From positions 32,116,001 to 32,180,000 of the forward strand of contig OZ076419.1 in assembly GCA_964187785.1 (NCBI GenBank): DNA of 64,000 nucleotides, written 5' to 3'. Position numbers and translations under genes: made by a program. The first letter of the stretch is position 1. The number at the start of each line of letters is the position of its first letter. Below the pieces are notes generated by a model. It had not been told where the DNA came from and made no database searches. It saw only the letters and a program-made list of their open reading frames with translations. This DNA is from Amphiscolops sp. MND2022 (lineage: Eukaryota). Positions 1 to 11,738 of the stretch are shown here, one piece after another.

Positions 1-362
1 AAAAACTTAAAGACTCAAAAGTCTTATTGAAGAACCAAGCATGGTTAATACGAGATCACACCACGTAGACAGTTACGCAGCGAGTTCCAGTAGAATGGAA
101 CAGAACAGTGATAACGAAAGTGAGAATAGCTTTCCGGAAGTCTTGTCGAGAAACCAGATGAATGAGTTTGAAGATGGAAATATTATTAACAGTAGACAAA
201 ATCACAACTCGAGTTCAGTTGACCAACGTTTCATGGAAATGAATAGACAAATTAGCGACTTAACGAGCATTGTAATGGCCTTAACCGAGAAGATCTCAAC
301 ATCATCTAATGAATGTAACGGACTTAACACCGTTAACAAACCGAACGTGACTCATTCTGACA
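1..362 (+). repeat. 5' LTR of element A (3' part only)
   Basis: Collinear with 14547-14908, ends TCTGACA and is followed directly by a TGG primer-binding site. Confidence 0.93.
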
Positions 363-375
363 TGGTGACAGGAGT
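363..375 (+). other. Primer-binding site of element A, tRNA-Leu-like
   Basis: TGGTGACAGGAGT directly after the LTR end; 12/13 match to the usual tRNA-Leu PBS TGGTGTCAGGAGT (recalled, not searched). Confidence 0.75.
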
Positions 376-1609
376 CTCCACGAACTCAATCCCGACTCCA
401 AACCTCCAACAGCTACGCAGGACCCTTCCAACCCCTGCAACCAATCAGACCAGAAACCGTGCACCCTCCACCAATGACCCTCAAATGGACGACGTCATGA
501 CCGAAATCCACAATCTACGGACAACAATGACGGATGGAGTGATACAGCCCAAAATCCTCCAAACTCAAGTCCCTCTCTTCCGCAGAAACCGAGACAAATA
601 TAATGAGTTCGAACACCTACTGAAGAACCACCTCCGCCCACACATGAATAAACTGACAGAAGAGCAGAAACTGAACTACTTTCAGAGCTTACTCCGAGAC
701 GAGGCCATAGAATTCTGGCAAACCCTAAAAATCACAACTGAAACGACACTCCACGACGTCCTGCAAGCATTCAACAAAGAGTATGCAAAGGAAGACCTCA
801 GAGAGGTATCGAAGTATAAATTCGACCAAATGAGGTACGACCCCACGAAGGAGTTGTTTGCCGATTTCCTCACCAAATACAAAAAACTCGCTAAACAAGC
901 GTATGGAGACAAGGCCAACGACATTGCCGAGACATTTTTGTTTGCAGATCCAGATCCAAAATGAGCTTGCCATGGCAGGGAAACACGATGCCAAGGTCGA
1001 AGAAATCAAGACGTTTGTACAACGCCGTTGCCAATATGCACAATTGCTTCCTGGCACCTCAGACATGCAGCCACTTAACCAGGTCTACAACTACCAATCG
1101 AAGCAAAACAACGCTCAGCCGGCCCCCAACAACAACAACACCGAGAAGAACGCCACAAGAAAAGTCAAACGAAGATTCGAAGGAAATTGCAGATACTGCA
1201 ACATACTAGGCCACAAGTGGATTGAATGCCGTAAACGCCTCAGGGACGAAGCCAACGGAATAACGAAGAAATCACAACAACGTCCCCAACCTGGAAACAA
1301 CAATGCCCAACAACAAGAAACCGAAAAACCACGATACAACTCCAAACTAGTATGCCAAATTTGTGGCAAGATCGGACATTCCGCACGGGATTGCAGAGAC
1401 AGGGTACCAGGTGCATCGGCTTACCGAAATGTACCATATGACAAGCAGTCCACCAACGAAAACCGCGAATTCCGCCGTGAATTCAAACCGTCGCAAAACA
1501 ACTATCAACCAACCTACCAAGCCACGCAAGCGACAAGCCAGACTACCCAACCAGAAGAAGTCAACGACTGCTACGACATGGATTACAACGATGAATTCGA
1601 CACGAATTC

Positions 1610-1616
1610 AAAAAAC
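1610..1616 (+). other. -1 ribosomal frameshift slippery site A AAA AAC (gag-pol, element A)
   Basis: Heptamer is phased with the gag codons just before the gag stop; I translated the -1 frame as open from 1610 into the protease ORF at 2018. Confidence 0.75.
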
Positions 1617-2017
1617 TTGTAATCCCACATCATCCTCAATCCAACCAAACAGAAAGTGCGCGCACCAAAAAACCAACTCAAACTCACTACTACTCAAACA
1701 CTACAACGACAGGATGTTGGCAGCGTCCTGACAAACAGACTAAACCATCGACGAAATACTATGTACACAAAGTCTCGACAAACAACTACCATATACTTCC
1801 TCTCATAGACGACAACCCTAATTGTACAACGAAAGGCTGCATTCCGAAAGATATTGCAGCTAGACCACGACAACGAGAGAGTGTCAACCCGGCCAGAACC
1901 AGAAACCCCAAACAAAAGACGAACGAACTGAATGACGATATCAAACGGGGGCACCCACCGAAGCCAACAAACATCAGACCATTAAGTGCTACACTTCAGT
2001 TAGACAGAAGAAACAAG

Positions 2018-2698
2018 ATGCTCTACGTTCCTCTTCAATTCCGGGAATATGAAAACCAAGGGCTACTGGACACTGGAGCAATCCAGAGCGCGATGTCTGA
2101 GAACGAACTACGTCGAATCCTACAAGCCCACCCAGCAGCCCAGTTAGAAGAATATCCAGCACCGGACTTCAAAGTCCAAATAGCCAACGGAAACATCGTT
2201 CCGGTGAGAAAACAAGTGCTTCTTCGATTTTTCATCGGGAGAAAAATATTCGAAGAGACATTCATGATCTTACCAACAATGGGAAACATCCTCATCGGAA
2301 TGTCCTTCTTTAAAAAATACTCTGTCACGCTGGACCTTGCGAATAACATTGTGCGATTCCCAGAAATAACCCTCCAACTAAAACCGCCAAATGGGAAATT
2401 CAAACTGCAGATGTTGGAACTCAGAACAACCCAAAAAACAACCATCTCGCCCGGACAACAAATCTTTGTGACTGCTACAACGGACAAGAACATTGGAACA
2501 GTGACAGGCACAATAGAGGCGTTCCCAGCCTTTGAACGAAAAACTGAATTGCTAGTGTCTCCATCAATGTCTGAAATCAAGGACCAACAGACCCACGTCC
2601 AAATCACCAACCACATGGACCACGCAGTTACAATACCCCAGAACAGCACAATCGCAGTCTTTCGAATACATACGCCAAACCAAGCCAGAAACATCTAG
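2018..2698 (+). pseudogene. pol: Retropepsin protease plus downstream beta-rich domain (element A pol fragment)
   Basis: LLDTGAIQS active site and ILIGMSFF C-terminal motif. Confidence 0.9.
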
Positions 2699-3270
2699 CC
2701 AATGACTAACGAGCAGCTGACGTTGATCACTAAATTCCCTGATGAAGCAGCTAACGTGATCAACCAATTGTTCCAGGATCCCAATGCCACAAATGATAAA
2801 CGATGTTACCCGACGCGCGAAACATGTGACGATCCTGACAAGCTAAATAAAATAGAAAGACACATCTACGACGAACTCATCAAACTCCGAGAAGCTGAAA
2901 AACTCAACCCGACATGCGATGACGAACAACGCCAAGCGTTCCTCAAAAATTTCAGCTGGGACGACTCGATCCTCACTGAGCACGAGCAACAGAGGATCGA
3001 AGAACTGCTCGTCAAATACCACACGATATTTGCTAGACATCGTCTTGATATCAGCATCAACACCGATTTCAAAATCAAGCTGACCCCAAACACGATGACC
3101 CTGTGTACGCCCAGAGTCTACCTACTCCAACCAACCTGAAAGATGACCTGCTGGTTGAACTCGCACTGATGCAGGAATAGGGGATCATCACAACGTTACC
3201 ATACAGCAAATATTCCTCCCCAATTTTTGCACCACGAAAACCCAACGGGAAACTTCGGATATTAGTCGAC

Positions 3271-4290
3271 TTGAGGCGGATCAACCACCTCCTCAAAAAT
3301 GACTACAACAAACACAACTATCCAGTAACGACAATTGCCGATGCAGCCCAGCATATGGCTGGCAAGAAGTACTTTTGCAAGCTTGACTGTTCGCAAGCTT
3401 ACCACTGTCTTCAAATGGCCGACGAACAGTCAATACAACTTCAGGCATTCAATTTTGGCAGCAGAACCTTTGCTTACCTCCGACTCGCGCAAGGGTTGAA
3501 TAGGTCTTTGTCTGCGTTCAACAGCACAATTCGCGAGTATCTGGATGCACTAGTAAAAACAGACAAATGTACCCAATACGTCGACGACATTGGGATCGCT
3601 GCCAACAATGTGGACAAACTGATAATCAACATCGAAGCAGTTTTCCAGCAGATACAGAAGGCAGGACTAAAGCTGTCGATGTCCAAATGCGCCTTTGGCC
3701 ACCCAAAGATCGAGTTCTTGGGTAGAAGCATCACTACCAAAGGGATCGCACCACTCGAGGACAAGATCGACAAATTCCTCAACAACCTGAAAACACCAAC
3801 GTCAGTCAAATCACTACAACGCTACATCGGATTTGTACAATTCTACAGACAGTACATACCGATGTTGGCAGAAAAGCTCGTACCTCTGTACAAATTACTA
3901 CAGAAAGACATCACATTCACCCTGACGCAGGTTCACAAGGACGCAATCTTTGATATTATTCAGAATCTGGCGCGAGCTGCAAAACTATCTCTGCGACTAC
4001 CACTACCAGACAAGCAACTGGTCATCATGTGTGATGCGAGCGAACACGCAGCAGGGTACGTGCTCCTCATTGAAGACTACACCGAAGCCAATGATGGACA
4101 GAAGAAGACGTACGCCCCTGTAGCATTCGGCTCGCAACGATTCACAGAAGGTCAAATGTCATTAACCATGTATGCTAAAGAATTCCTCGCGATGCACTTC
4201 GCCTTCGACGAATTTGCTCACATACTGTGGGGAGTGAAAAAACCCACAATTGTGATGACAGACAACAAAGCTCTGACCCGCTTTTTATAG
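3271..4290 (+). pseudogene. pol: Reverse transcriptase / RNase H fragment (element A)
   Basis: LDCSQAYH, LAQGLNRS, YVDD, FLG, CDAS. Confidence 0.93.
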
Positions 4291-4842
4291 TCGAAACGAA
4301 TCCCACCCAAACTGTGGAACCATTGCGACCAAGCACTTCAATTTGACTTTGTTCTCGCCCACGTCCCCGGAGTTGAGAACCCTGCTGAAGACTACCTGTC
4401 CCGACTCGATATTAATCCTGAAGACAGAATTCACTTGAAATTGAATGACCAGATCCCAATCCACCACATCGAGATAGACCTTGCAGCCAAAACCCCAAAA
4501 CAGGATGAGGACGAAGAAGACTACGACCCGGACCAACAGCAACCCGATGTAGCGACACACACTACACATCAGCCTGAAACCACCGGTCCAGCAGACGATT
4601 TCACAAAGATGCGAACTTTGCTAAACTCAATGGCGAACAACCATCAGACACATGACGACGAACGTCTCAAGATGATTAAGATCATCAGCCGACACCTTGA
4701 ACCCGTTCTGGCAGGAGACACCCCTTCCATCATACTGACGAGGTTTACCAGACGTCCCCACCCCAACACGGTAAATCAGGTATGCCCGCAAGGGGATTCA
4801 CAAATCGTCCAAGATCAGTTAAGTAACTAAGACGTCCAAAAT

Positions 4843-6579
4843 ATGGTTCGCATTTCAGTGAACAACGAACCACTACCAAACCACGTTAACTTTACTAGTT
4901 CCTTTTTTCAAAAACTGGTAAAAAACAAAAAAAGACTTGAAGTAGTCAACAAAGTGCTCTATAGGAACTTCTTTGATAACACTGGCGGAATTCTACTCAA
5001 ACAAATCGTAGTACCTCCAGAAACTACTATGCCCATAATCAGGACAATGCATGGCGACCCCATGCAGGGACACCCTGGGGCATCAAAATTGTTGGTAGAA
5101 CTCCGCAAGCGTTACTACATACCAAGCCTGAGCGAACACGTGTCAAAGTACGTAAGTAACTGTATTGAGTGCATCAAAGCAAAACCTGTTAATCCAAAAC
5201 GACTAACGCCTCCTCTGGAAAAAATCTACGACCCCTGCAACGGTCCGGAAGACGTACTGGAAATCGATCTGGTAGGCGAACTACCTAACTCAAACGGATA
5301 TACGCACATCCTGACGGCGTGCGACTACTTCTCGCGGTATTTGTTCTCTGTACCGATACAAAAACCAGACACTAAATCGGTGGTGAAAACGCTCATGCAA
5401 ATATTCACCCAACACGCCTACGTCCCGAAGACAATTATCACCGACAAAGGCACGGCTTTCACATCCAACATCATGACCGAAATAATGAAAACTGCCGGAA
5501 TCAAAATCGATCACGCTACTGTAAAGCATGCCCAAACCATAGGGATGGTGGAGCGTTCCCACCAAAAACTGAAACAGATTCTGAAGATTAACATTTCCGT
5601 CGACTCCCCCCAATGGGACAGGTACGTTAACCTTGCGGTAATGGCTCATAACACAACCTACCATCAATCACTCAAGTGCACCCCAAGCGAAGTCTTCCAC
5701 GGCAGAGTTCCGTTTAACGCACTAGACCTCAAATTCGGAAACCCCCTGAAATGTGAAACCACGGAAACTGATATAACGAGATTAGTTGACCAGGTGAACG
5801 ACAAGTACCAACAAGTCAACGACAACATACTGCAAGCATACCACAAGTATAAAAAGTACTACGACCGTAAAGCCCAAGCACTACCATTAAAGGTCAACGA
5901 CAACACATTTCTGCTTAATCCCAAAATCACAACACAGTCCGACAAGAATAGCTTCAAGGACTTCAAATGGGAAGGTTCCTTCAAAGTAATTAAAGTACTG
6001 ACAAACTTTAACTACATATTCAGGAAAGTCGGAACTTTCCGAACACAGTGCGCGCATAGGATGCGATTACGTCCTTTCACACCGAACGCACCAATACCGG
6101 ACATCGAAGAAGACTCAAATCGCTTGTTCGCTGACCCCGATGCGGCCGATGATCATGCGCTCTTCAATGACCACATGCCCCAACTTTTGTACGCAGAACC
6201 AGCACCGGAAACAATCGATCAAGAAGAAATCGACAATGAACATGGCATCATCTATTATGAACACGTACGGAAATCGAATGACCAAACGCTGCTGCAACCA
6301 TTTCCTGAGAGCCCACCTGAAACTTACGAGCAACCTCCTGACAATTCAGTTGTTCATCACGACACCAGCAACGAATCTGATACTGAAACAAGCGAATCTG
6401 TTAATGAACATACCACGACAATTCACGACGAGCACAACCACACAACGTCGCGTAACAACGCAACACGGTACAACCTCCGAACCGAACCACAACCGAAAAC
6501 CTACCAAGACTTCTTAGTCCACGAACTCCGAGTCAAACCGGCTTTGCTGAAATTCATGCAAGGCAGACCCGCCAAATAA
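4843..6579 (+). pseudogene. pol: Integrase fragment (element A)
   Basis: H-H-C-C zinc finger, DDE core, GPF-like segment KWEGSFKV and an acidic low-complexity tail. Confidence 0.93.
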
Positions 6580-8473
6580 AACTCATGCAAACACAACATC
6601 TGCTTTCCCTCTTGCTGACAACTCGTAGGCTTCGCCTCTTGTCAAAACGAGAAGTAATATCACATGCAAAATTTAAATGGGAGTGTTCTACACTCTCTCC
6701 ACAAAAAAAAGAGTCTCGTAACACATACATGTAAATTAAGTCAAGTAGCCACGAAGAAAAACGATACTAAATGATACACAAATAACGTCTAACACTCACT
6801 GTCACCAATTTTCAAAATTACCGGTCAAAGCATATTTCCACCCTTAACCGACTAACGAACGACAGACGAGACATCCGTAACGCAGTTCCACACGCCGCGT
6901 CGCTACGTGTTATTCAACGTTTCACTCTATTCCACCAGCGGAATGAACGAAAAGAAACACCTAACGCTGCAACGCATACCACGTCATTCTTACCATAAAT
7001 AAAAAAATACATGCAATTAACTGAATGTAGTCTACATCACCACATGTAACAACCATACCATCGATATACTCAATTTACTTTACACCATTCAGTGACGACT
7101 GATACTCACTGTCCTGCAGACCTGAGTTTACCGGCAGAGTAAATTGTTACTCTCTACCGCGACAGCTGAGCGCGAATGTAATTACATGTAATACAGTCAT
7201 ATGCACCACATCAACATAACCAGAAATTACTAAGTACATGTAAAACACGTGCAAGTGAACCACTAATTTATACAATTCACGAAAATCTCCAACCACACGC
7301 CTTCATAGAATTGCTTTGCAATTCCCTAACCACTGACTCGGAATCAACTAAATTAAGTCCCCCTTGCAAACATAACAGCCCACAAACGAGAACGTAAAAA
7401 AATTAGCCGATTCGTTTAAGTTACGTCTTCAGAACCTAGTTTCACACTTCCGCCCCGCATAACCATGATGTGGTTCGGCTGTGTGGGTGCGTCATCAAAA
7501 GCGCGTCGGTGTGGTTGGTCAAACATTCAGATGAAGCTTGCTCTTTAGCAAGTGGATTCGGTGTTAGTTTTGTATGGGTTTTTGCGACGGCAAACAACCT
7601 TCCCAATGAACTGAAAAAGAAAAAAAAGAAAAAGAAAAGAAAAAACTCTTCCTCAAGGACAGGTACATGCAGTCGTCACCATTACCTGACAATTAAGTCG
7701 TGACGCCTTTGTTCTTATTGATGATTCATAGTCCTAGCGTCGCGTCAGAAAGAACACAGGCACAAAATACATGTAGTCACTATCACCACATGACCGCAAT
7801 TCGGAACAAGGGATGGATCACACCACCCCTTGACAAAAAATGAAACGGACATGGGGAAACCCATTTTCCATTAAACTGACGTTAACATTTGACACACGTC
7901 ACGAGTGATGACGTCTCGTGACACACATCAGCGATGACGACGTCAGAACTAACGCTCACTTTTATAACTGAAATATTACATGTAAAGCGCAAAAAAATGA
8001 TTGACACCTTAGAATGACACTTAAGCTCCTAAACACCCGTTAAAGCACACGCACTTAGAGTATATATAGCATGCAATACACAAGTTCGATCATTGGGAAG
8101 GAGCGGTTCAGCTCCGTTCATTCACCTTGGTGTAACCACAGGACATCAATACCACTTTCCGAGATCTGTGGGTAAACCTCCGTGAATGAAACACTGTCTT
8201 AAGTGGTGGCTACGCAAGTAACCACCATGCAATCTCACTGGAACAAAAAACAACTCTACTCAGCTTCCTGACAAAATGAAACCAGCTAACGAAGCTCTTA
8301 TGTAAAAAAGTTGTATAACGTAGGCAACATGTAAATTACTCTGCAATCCAAACAAGGAAAATAATACACTCATGTAAACAAAAATCATTATCAAATAAAG
8401 CGGTCAAACAATTTAAAACAAACAGTTCACAAAAAATCGCATAAAGCAAGTTCACTGGCAAATTGTTTCAAGA

Positions 8474-11400
8474 TCAATACTCCTCCGAAGCACCATCTGA
8501 AAACTCGAGAACAGCTCGTCGAGCCTTTTTTTCCTTATCAGTCACACTCTTTCCTTTACCAACAGACTGCTTTACGTCGTGCGACACAGAACCGCTAGAA
8601 CAAGTAGACAGGATCAAAGTTTTTGCACCACGCGGGTTTCCTCCGGTCCTTCGTCCGACGCCAATTCGAGTCGAAGAGCCTTGACCCCGCGATGAATCTT
8701 CCTTAGAACCAGAACGACACACAGGTGCACTCATAGGAGTCTGTAGCTTCACCGCCGACTGCGTACGGGCCATTTTAGCTTTGGATGTCGCAGCAGAACG
8801 TTTTCCTTTCGAGCTTGAGGGACCACAAGTAGGACTGGCAGGTTCTTTATCTAACGTACTGAGCAGTGCTAACACGTTTGAACGATAATCATCCACCGCA
8901 GGAACAACAGCTGAGTTCTGATCGTTAGTCAAAATAGATTCACAGCTAGCCAACGTTGTATCCAAACCAACTTTGAGCAACTGGTCCCAAGGTTTTGCTC
9001 GGACCACATCTGATAAACGCGATTCCAACATGTCACTTGAGTCGGTAACGCGCAGCAACCCTTGGAGATTCCGTCGCGTCCGTCCCGCAAATGAATAACG
9101 GAACCAGCTCCTCACGAAGTGCAAACTAGATACCAAAGTATCTGAGTCCAGAGCTGTCTGGGAATCGTCGACGAAATCAGCAACGTAAGGGCTCACTACA
9201 ACGAGTCCGAATACTACATCCAATACGCGCCGTAAATGCTGTTTTCGATTCCAATGCGGGTACGACATCCACATAGCAATTAAATCTTCCGCAACAGGCA
9301 CCCCTTCTTGCAAAGCCGACCAACGCCTCTTGAAGTATTGCGTACTTCCATATACTCCTGTTGCACTGCTCCTCCGTAATCCAAGTCAAGTAAACCGCGA
9401 GAAGTCAGAACAGCACAGGGTTCCACAAGCGCGTTGGTGCGCCGGTCGTCGGAACCACTATGTATCAGAGCAGGGTCTAAGGAGTAAGACTGAAGTACTC
9501 AGACCACACTCGTTTCCACATACGCGTCAATCCGGTACACAGCCCAATCAACAACTTTTGAACTGATTTTTAGAAATAAGGCAGTTGGGTGCTGATATCA
9601 AAGCGAAAGTACTGCCCGAAAAGCAAACGGTAAAGATCCGCATCCACATCAGCACATTCCAGATCCACTGGCTTAACAAAGCGGTCACGTCGTAGGCAGC
9701 CGGAATAACAGACGACGGGTAAACAAATTGCATCAACCCACGAATTAAATGCGCAAGTTCACGCTCCACGACTAAACGACGGTCCCGTCCTTGCCCACAA
9801 AGTCGAGTACAGTACTTCACCACTGAAACAAAACGACATTAATCACCGTTATAAAAGAACAATCCAACTAACCAAAACGTCAAACACCAGTTCTAGTTAC
9901 GAAGCTATCAGCCCTAATTTCAAAAAAAAACAAAAAAAACAAATACGACTCAGCAGGATATGCGTAGCCTATACTAACTCAGATCCAACACCACGCGAAG
10001 TACAGCAAACCGCGGTCGAACCATCGCATCGTCAAAGACCTGTTTCTCCAAAGGCGTAATCACCAGCAACTCTGAAGTCACATTCGGTCGATGCGTCCCG
10101 AAATACAAGGCGAGATCGTTCCAGTATTCAACTACTTCAGTGCACACTTTTGCCAACTGAGCGACGTCACTTCCTCCATAGCGTACATACTGCAAAACAA
10201 AACACATTAATAGTACACCTCCTTTCACATAACAAAAGCACAGAACAAGAGTATAGAGCACAATCTCAAAGGAAAGACCACCACATAAAAAGGATTGAGT
10301 TACAAACAAAAGCCTTCCCTATACACAGTAAATACTTACTTCTCGTAAATGCGGCAATCGATGTAAGAAGCGTTCTTGGACAACGGACATCAGGCGAATG
10401 CGAAAATACTCCAGTATACTCAGTGGATCCAGACCAGAGAACTCGATTAGGAACTGCCTGCGAATTTCTTCGAACACAGTTGTCTGAGTAACCATTCGAG
10501 TCACGAAGGGAGTCTTCGGAGCAATTGTAGCGGCCAATGCCTTGCCAACCAAGACGTCCCCTTCCACAACTACAGTGCTCAACTGATCCCTGCCTTTCAA
10601 ACATGCGAGAATGGGAACGACATTCCTTAGCAGTTGCTTCTCCCATCCTGCACTGTCAACGACTAGAGCGATGACAACCGACGCAACACGATGCTCACTG
10701 ACGACATGACATTCACAGCGCCTTCGAGAACCACAGCGAAACACACTGACACCGACACATGTACTGGTCTCTATGAGCGAGTCCAGCTGTTCCACAACGT
10801 ACGGGTATAGTCCATACAACACAAAGCTCTGCAAAACACAAATATACCCAATACCACCACACGTAAACATCATGAGCCAAAAACAAAACCAAATTAAAAA
10901 GGGAAAACCCAAAAAACCGAAAATTACGTAGTAACAACTACTACATGGTATCTTGTGATGAAAAGTTAATTAACTAACAAAATATAGAAAAAACAAAAAA
11001 ATTAAAAAGAATACCGCACCGAACTAAATACATACCTGACATTGTGGGTAATTCAAGGTCCTGCACTCGAAACGTAATTCAGCTGCCATACAGTCCCGCC
11101 ATGAGTCCACTAGTCGCAAAACAGCACCGAAGGAAATCACGTTCACAAAACTGTTGATGAAGGTACTCAACCACAGATAGTTGACACTCCCAGCAGCTAA
11201 CTGAAGCCGTTGTCCCTCAGCTTCCTCGGCTTCCTCTATGGCGACACTTTCGTCAACGGTCAAACTTAACTCTGACTCCAGATACACAGGCGGCTCGGAC
11301 ATGCGTGCCCGACGTATACGTCGATCTTCTGCCGCACTGACTGCACGACACAATTTGTCCAGCAATGGCTTCTGGTTCATGATACGGTACTTCTGCTCAA

Positions 11401-11598
11401 GCCTCGTATGTTCGACCCCTTTCCAATGGTCCCACAACAACGAGAGACCACGCCCGGCAATGCTGAGATCCACACGACACAGCAAGCATCTAGCAAACCC
11501 GTCCACAACACGTTTGTGCCGCGGAAACCCCACAAACGTCCCGACCACTCTCGATACGAAATACGAGGGTTTCAGTGTTCTAACTTTCCGTGCTCGAA
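8474..11598 (-). pseudogene. Antisense multi-exon gene inside element A: C2H2-like zinc finger plus hAT-transposase-like body, catalytic motifs apparently replaced, last exon frameshifted
   Basis: Exons 11598-11036, 10828-10340, 10189-9979 and 9822-8474 have GT..AG boundaries and three phase-compatible junctions (0, 0, 1). Motifs: C-x2-C-x16-H-x5-H, VVEYWNDLALYF, ELAHLIRGLMQFVYP, LDP and a dimerisation-like MW...HLRRVL...LDSDTL segment. Confidence 0.7.
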
Positions 11599-11738
11599 CT
11601 AAAACACAACCGCAAAACTAAAACAAAAATAATTAAATAAATAAATAAAAAAGTTTTTCTTTGCAGTAGTTACCTAAAGATTTTAGTACATGAGCATAAG
11701 GCTTAGAAACCTTGTAAACTAAAACCCCTCACATGATC

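Larger units (their letters stand above)
41..1622 (+). pseudogene. gag: Gag of element A, split by a frameshifting lesion near 945-960
   Basis: ORFs 41-964 and 858-1622; capsid-like FRRNRDKYNEF...YFQSLLRDEAIEFW; zinc knuckles CRYCNILGHKWIEC and CQICGKIGHSARDC. Confidence 0.9.
1610..6579 (+). pseudogene. pol: Pol of element A (aspartic protease, RT, RNase H, integrase), with in-frame stops near 2696, 3178, 4288 and 4828 and a frameshift near 3088
   Basis: Protease LLDTGA; RT FCKLDCSQAY and YVDD; RNase H IMCDASE, KEFLA, TDNKAL; integrase HHCC plus EIDLVG / ITDKGTAF / MVERSH. Confidence 0.95.

Noticed and set aside
940-964. Programmed frameshift within gag of element A
   Set aside because: No slippery motif; it looks like a small deletion in a copy with many other lesions.
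2696-4830. Programmed readthrough of stop codons in element A pol
   Set aside because: There are four stops plus a frameshift, one stop inside RNase H; mostly explained by CAR-to-TAR decay.
682-6517. Antisense and alternate-frame ORFs over gag-pol of A (for example 2035-2694)
   Set aside because: Shadow ORFs of a compositionally biased coding strand; no motifs.
7470-7703. Poly-Lys ORF on the plus strand
   Set aside because: The A tract is better explained as a minus-strand polypyrimidine tract before an AG acceptor.
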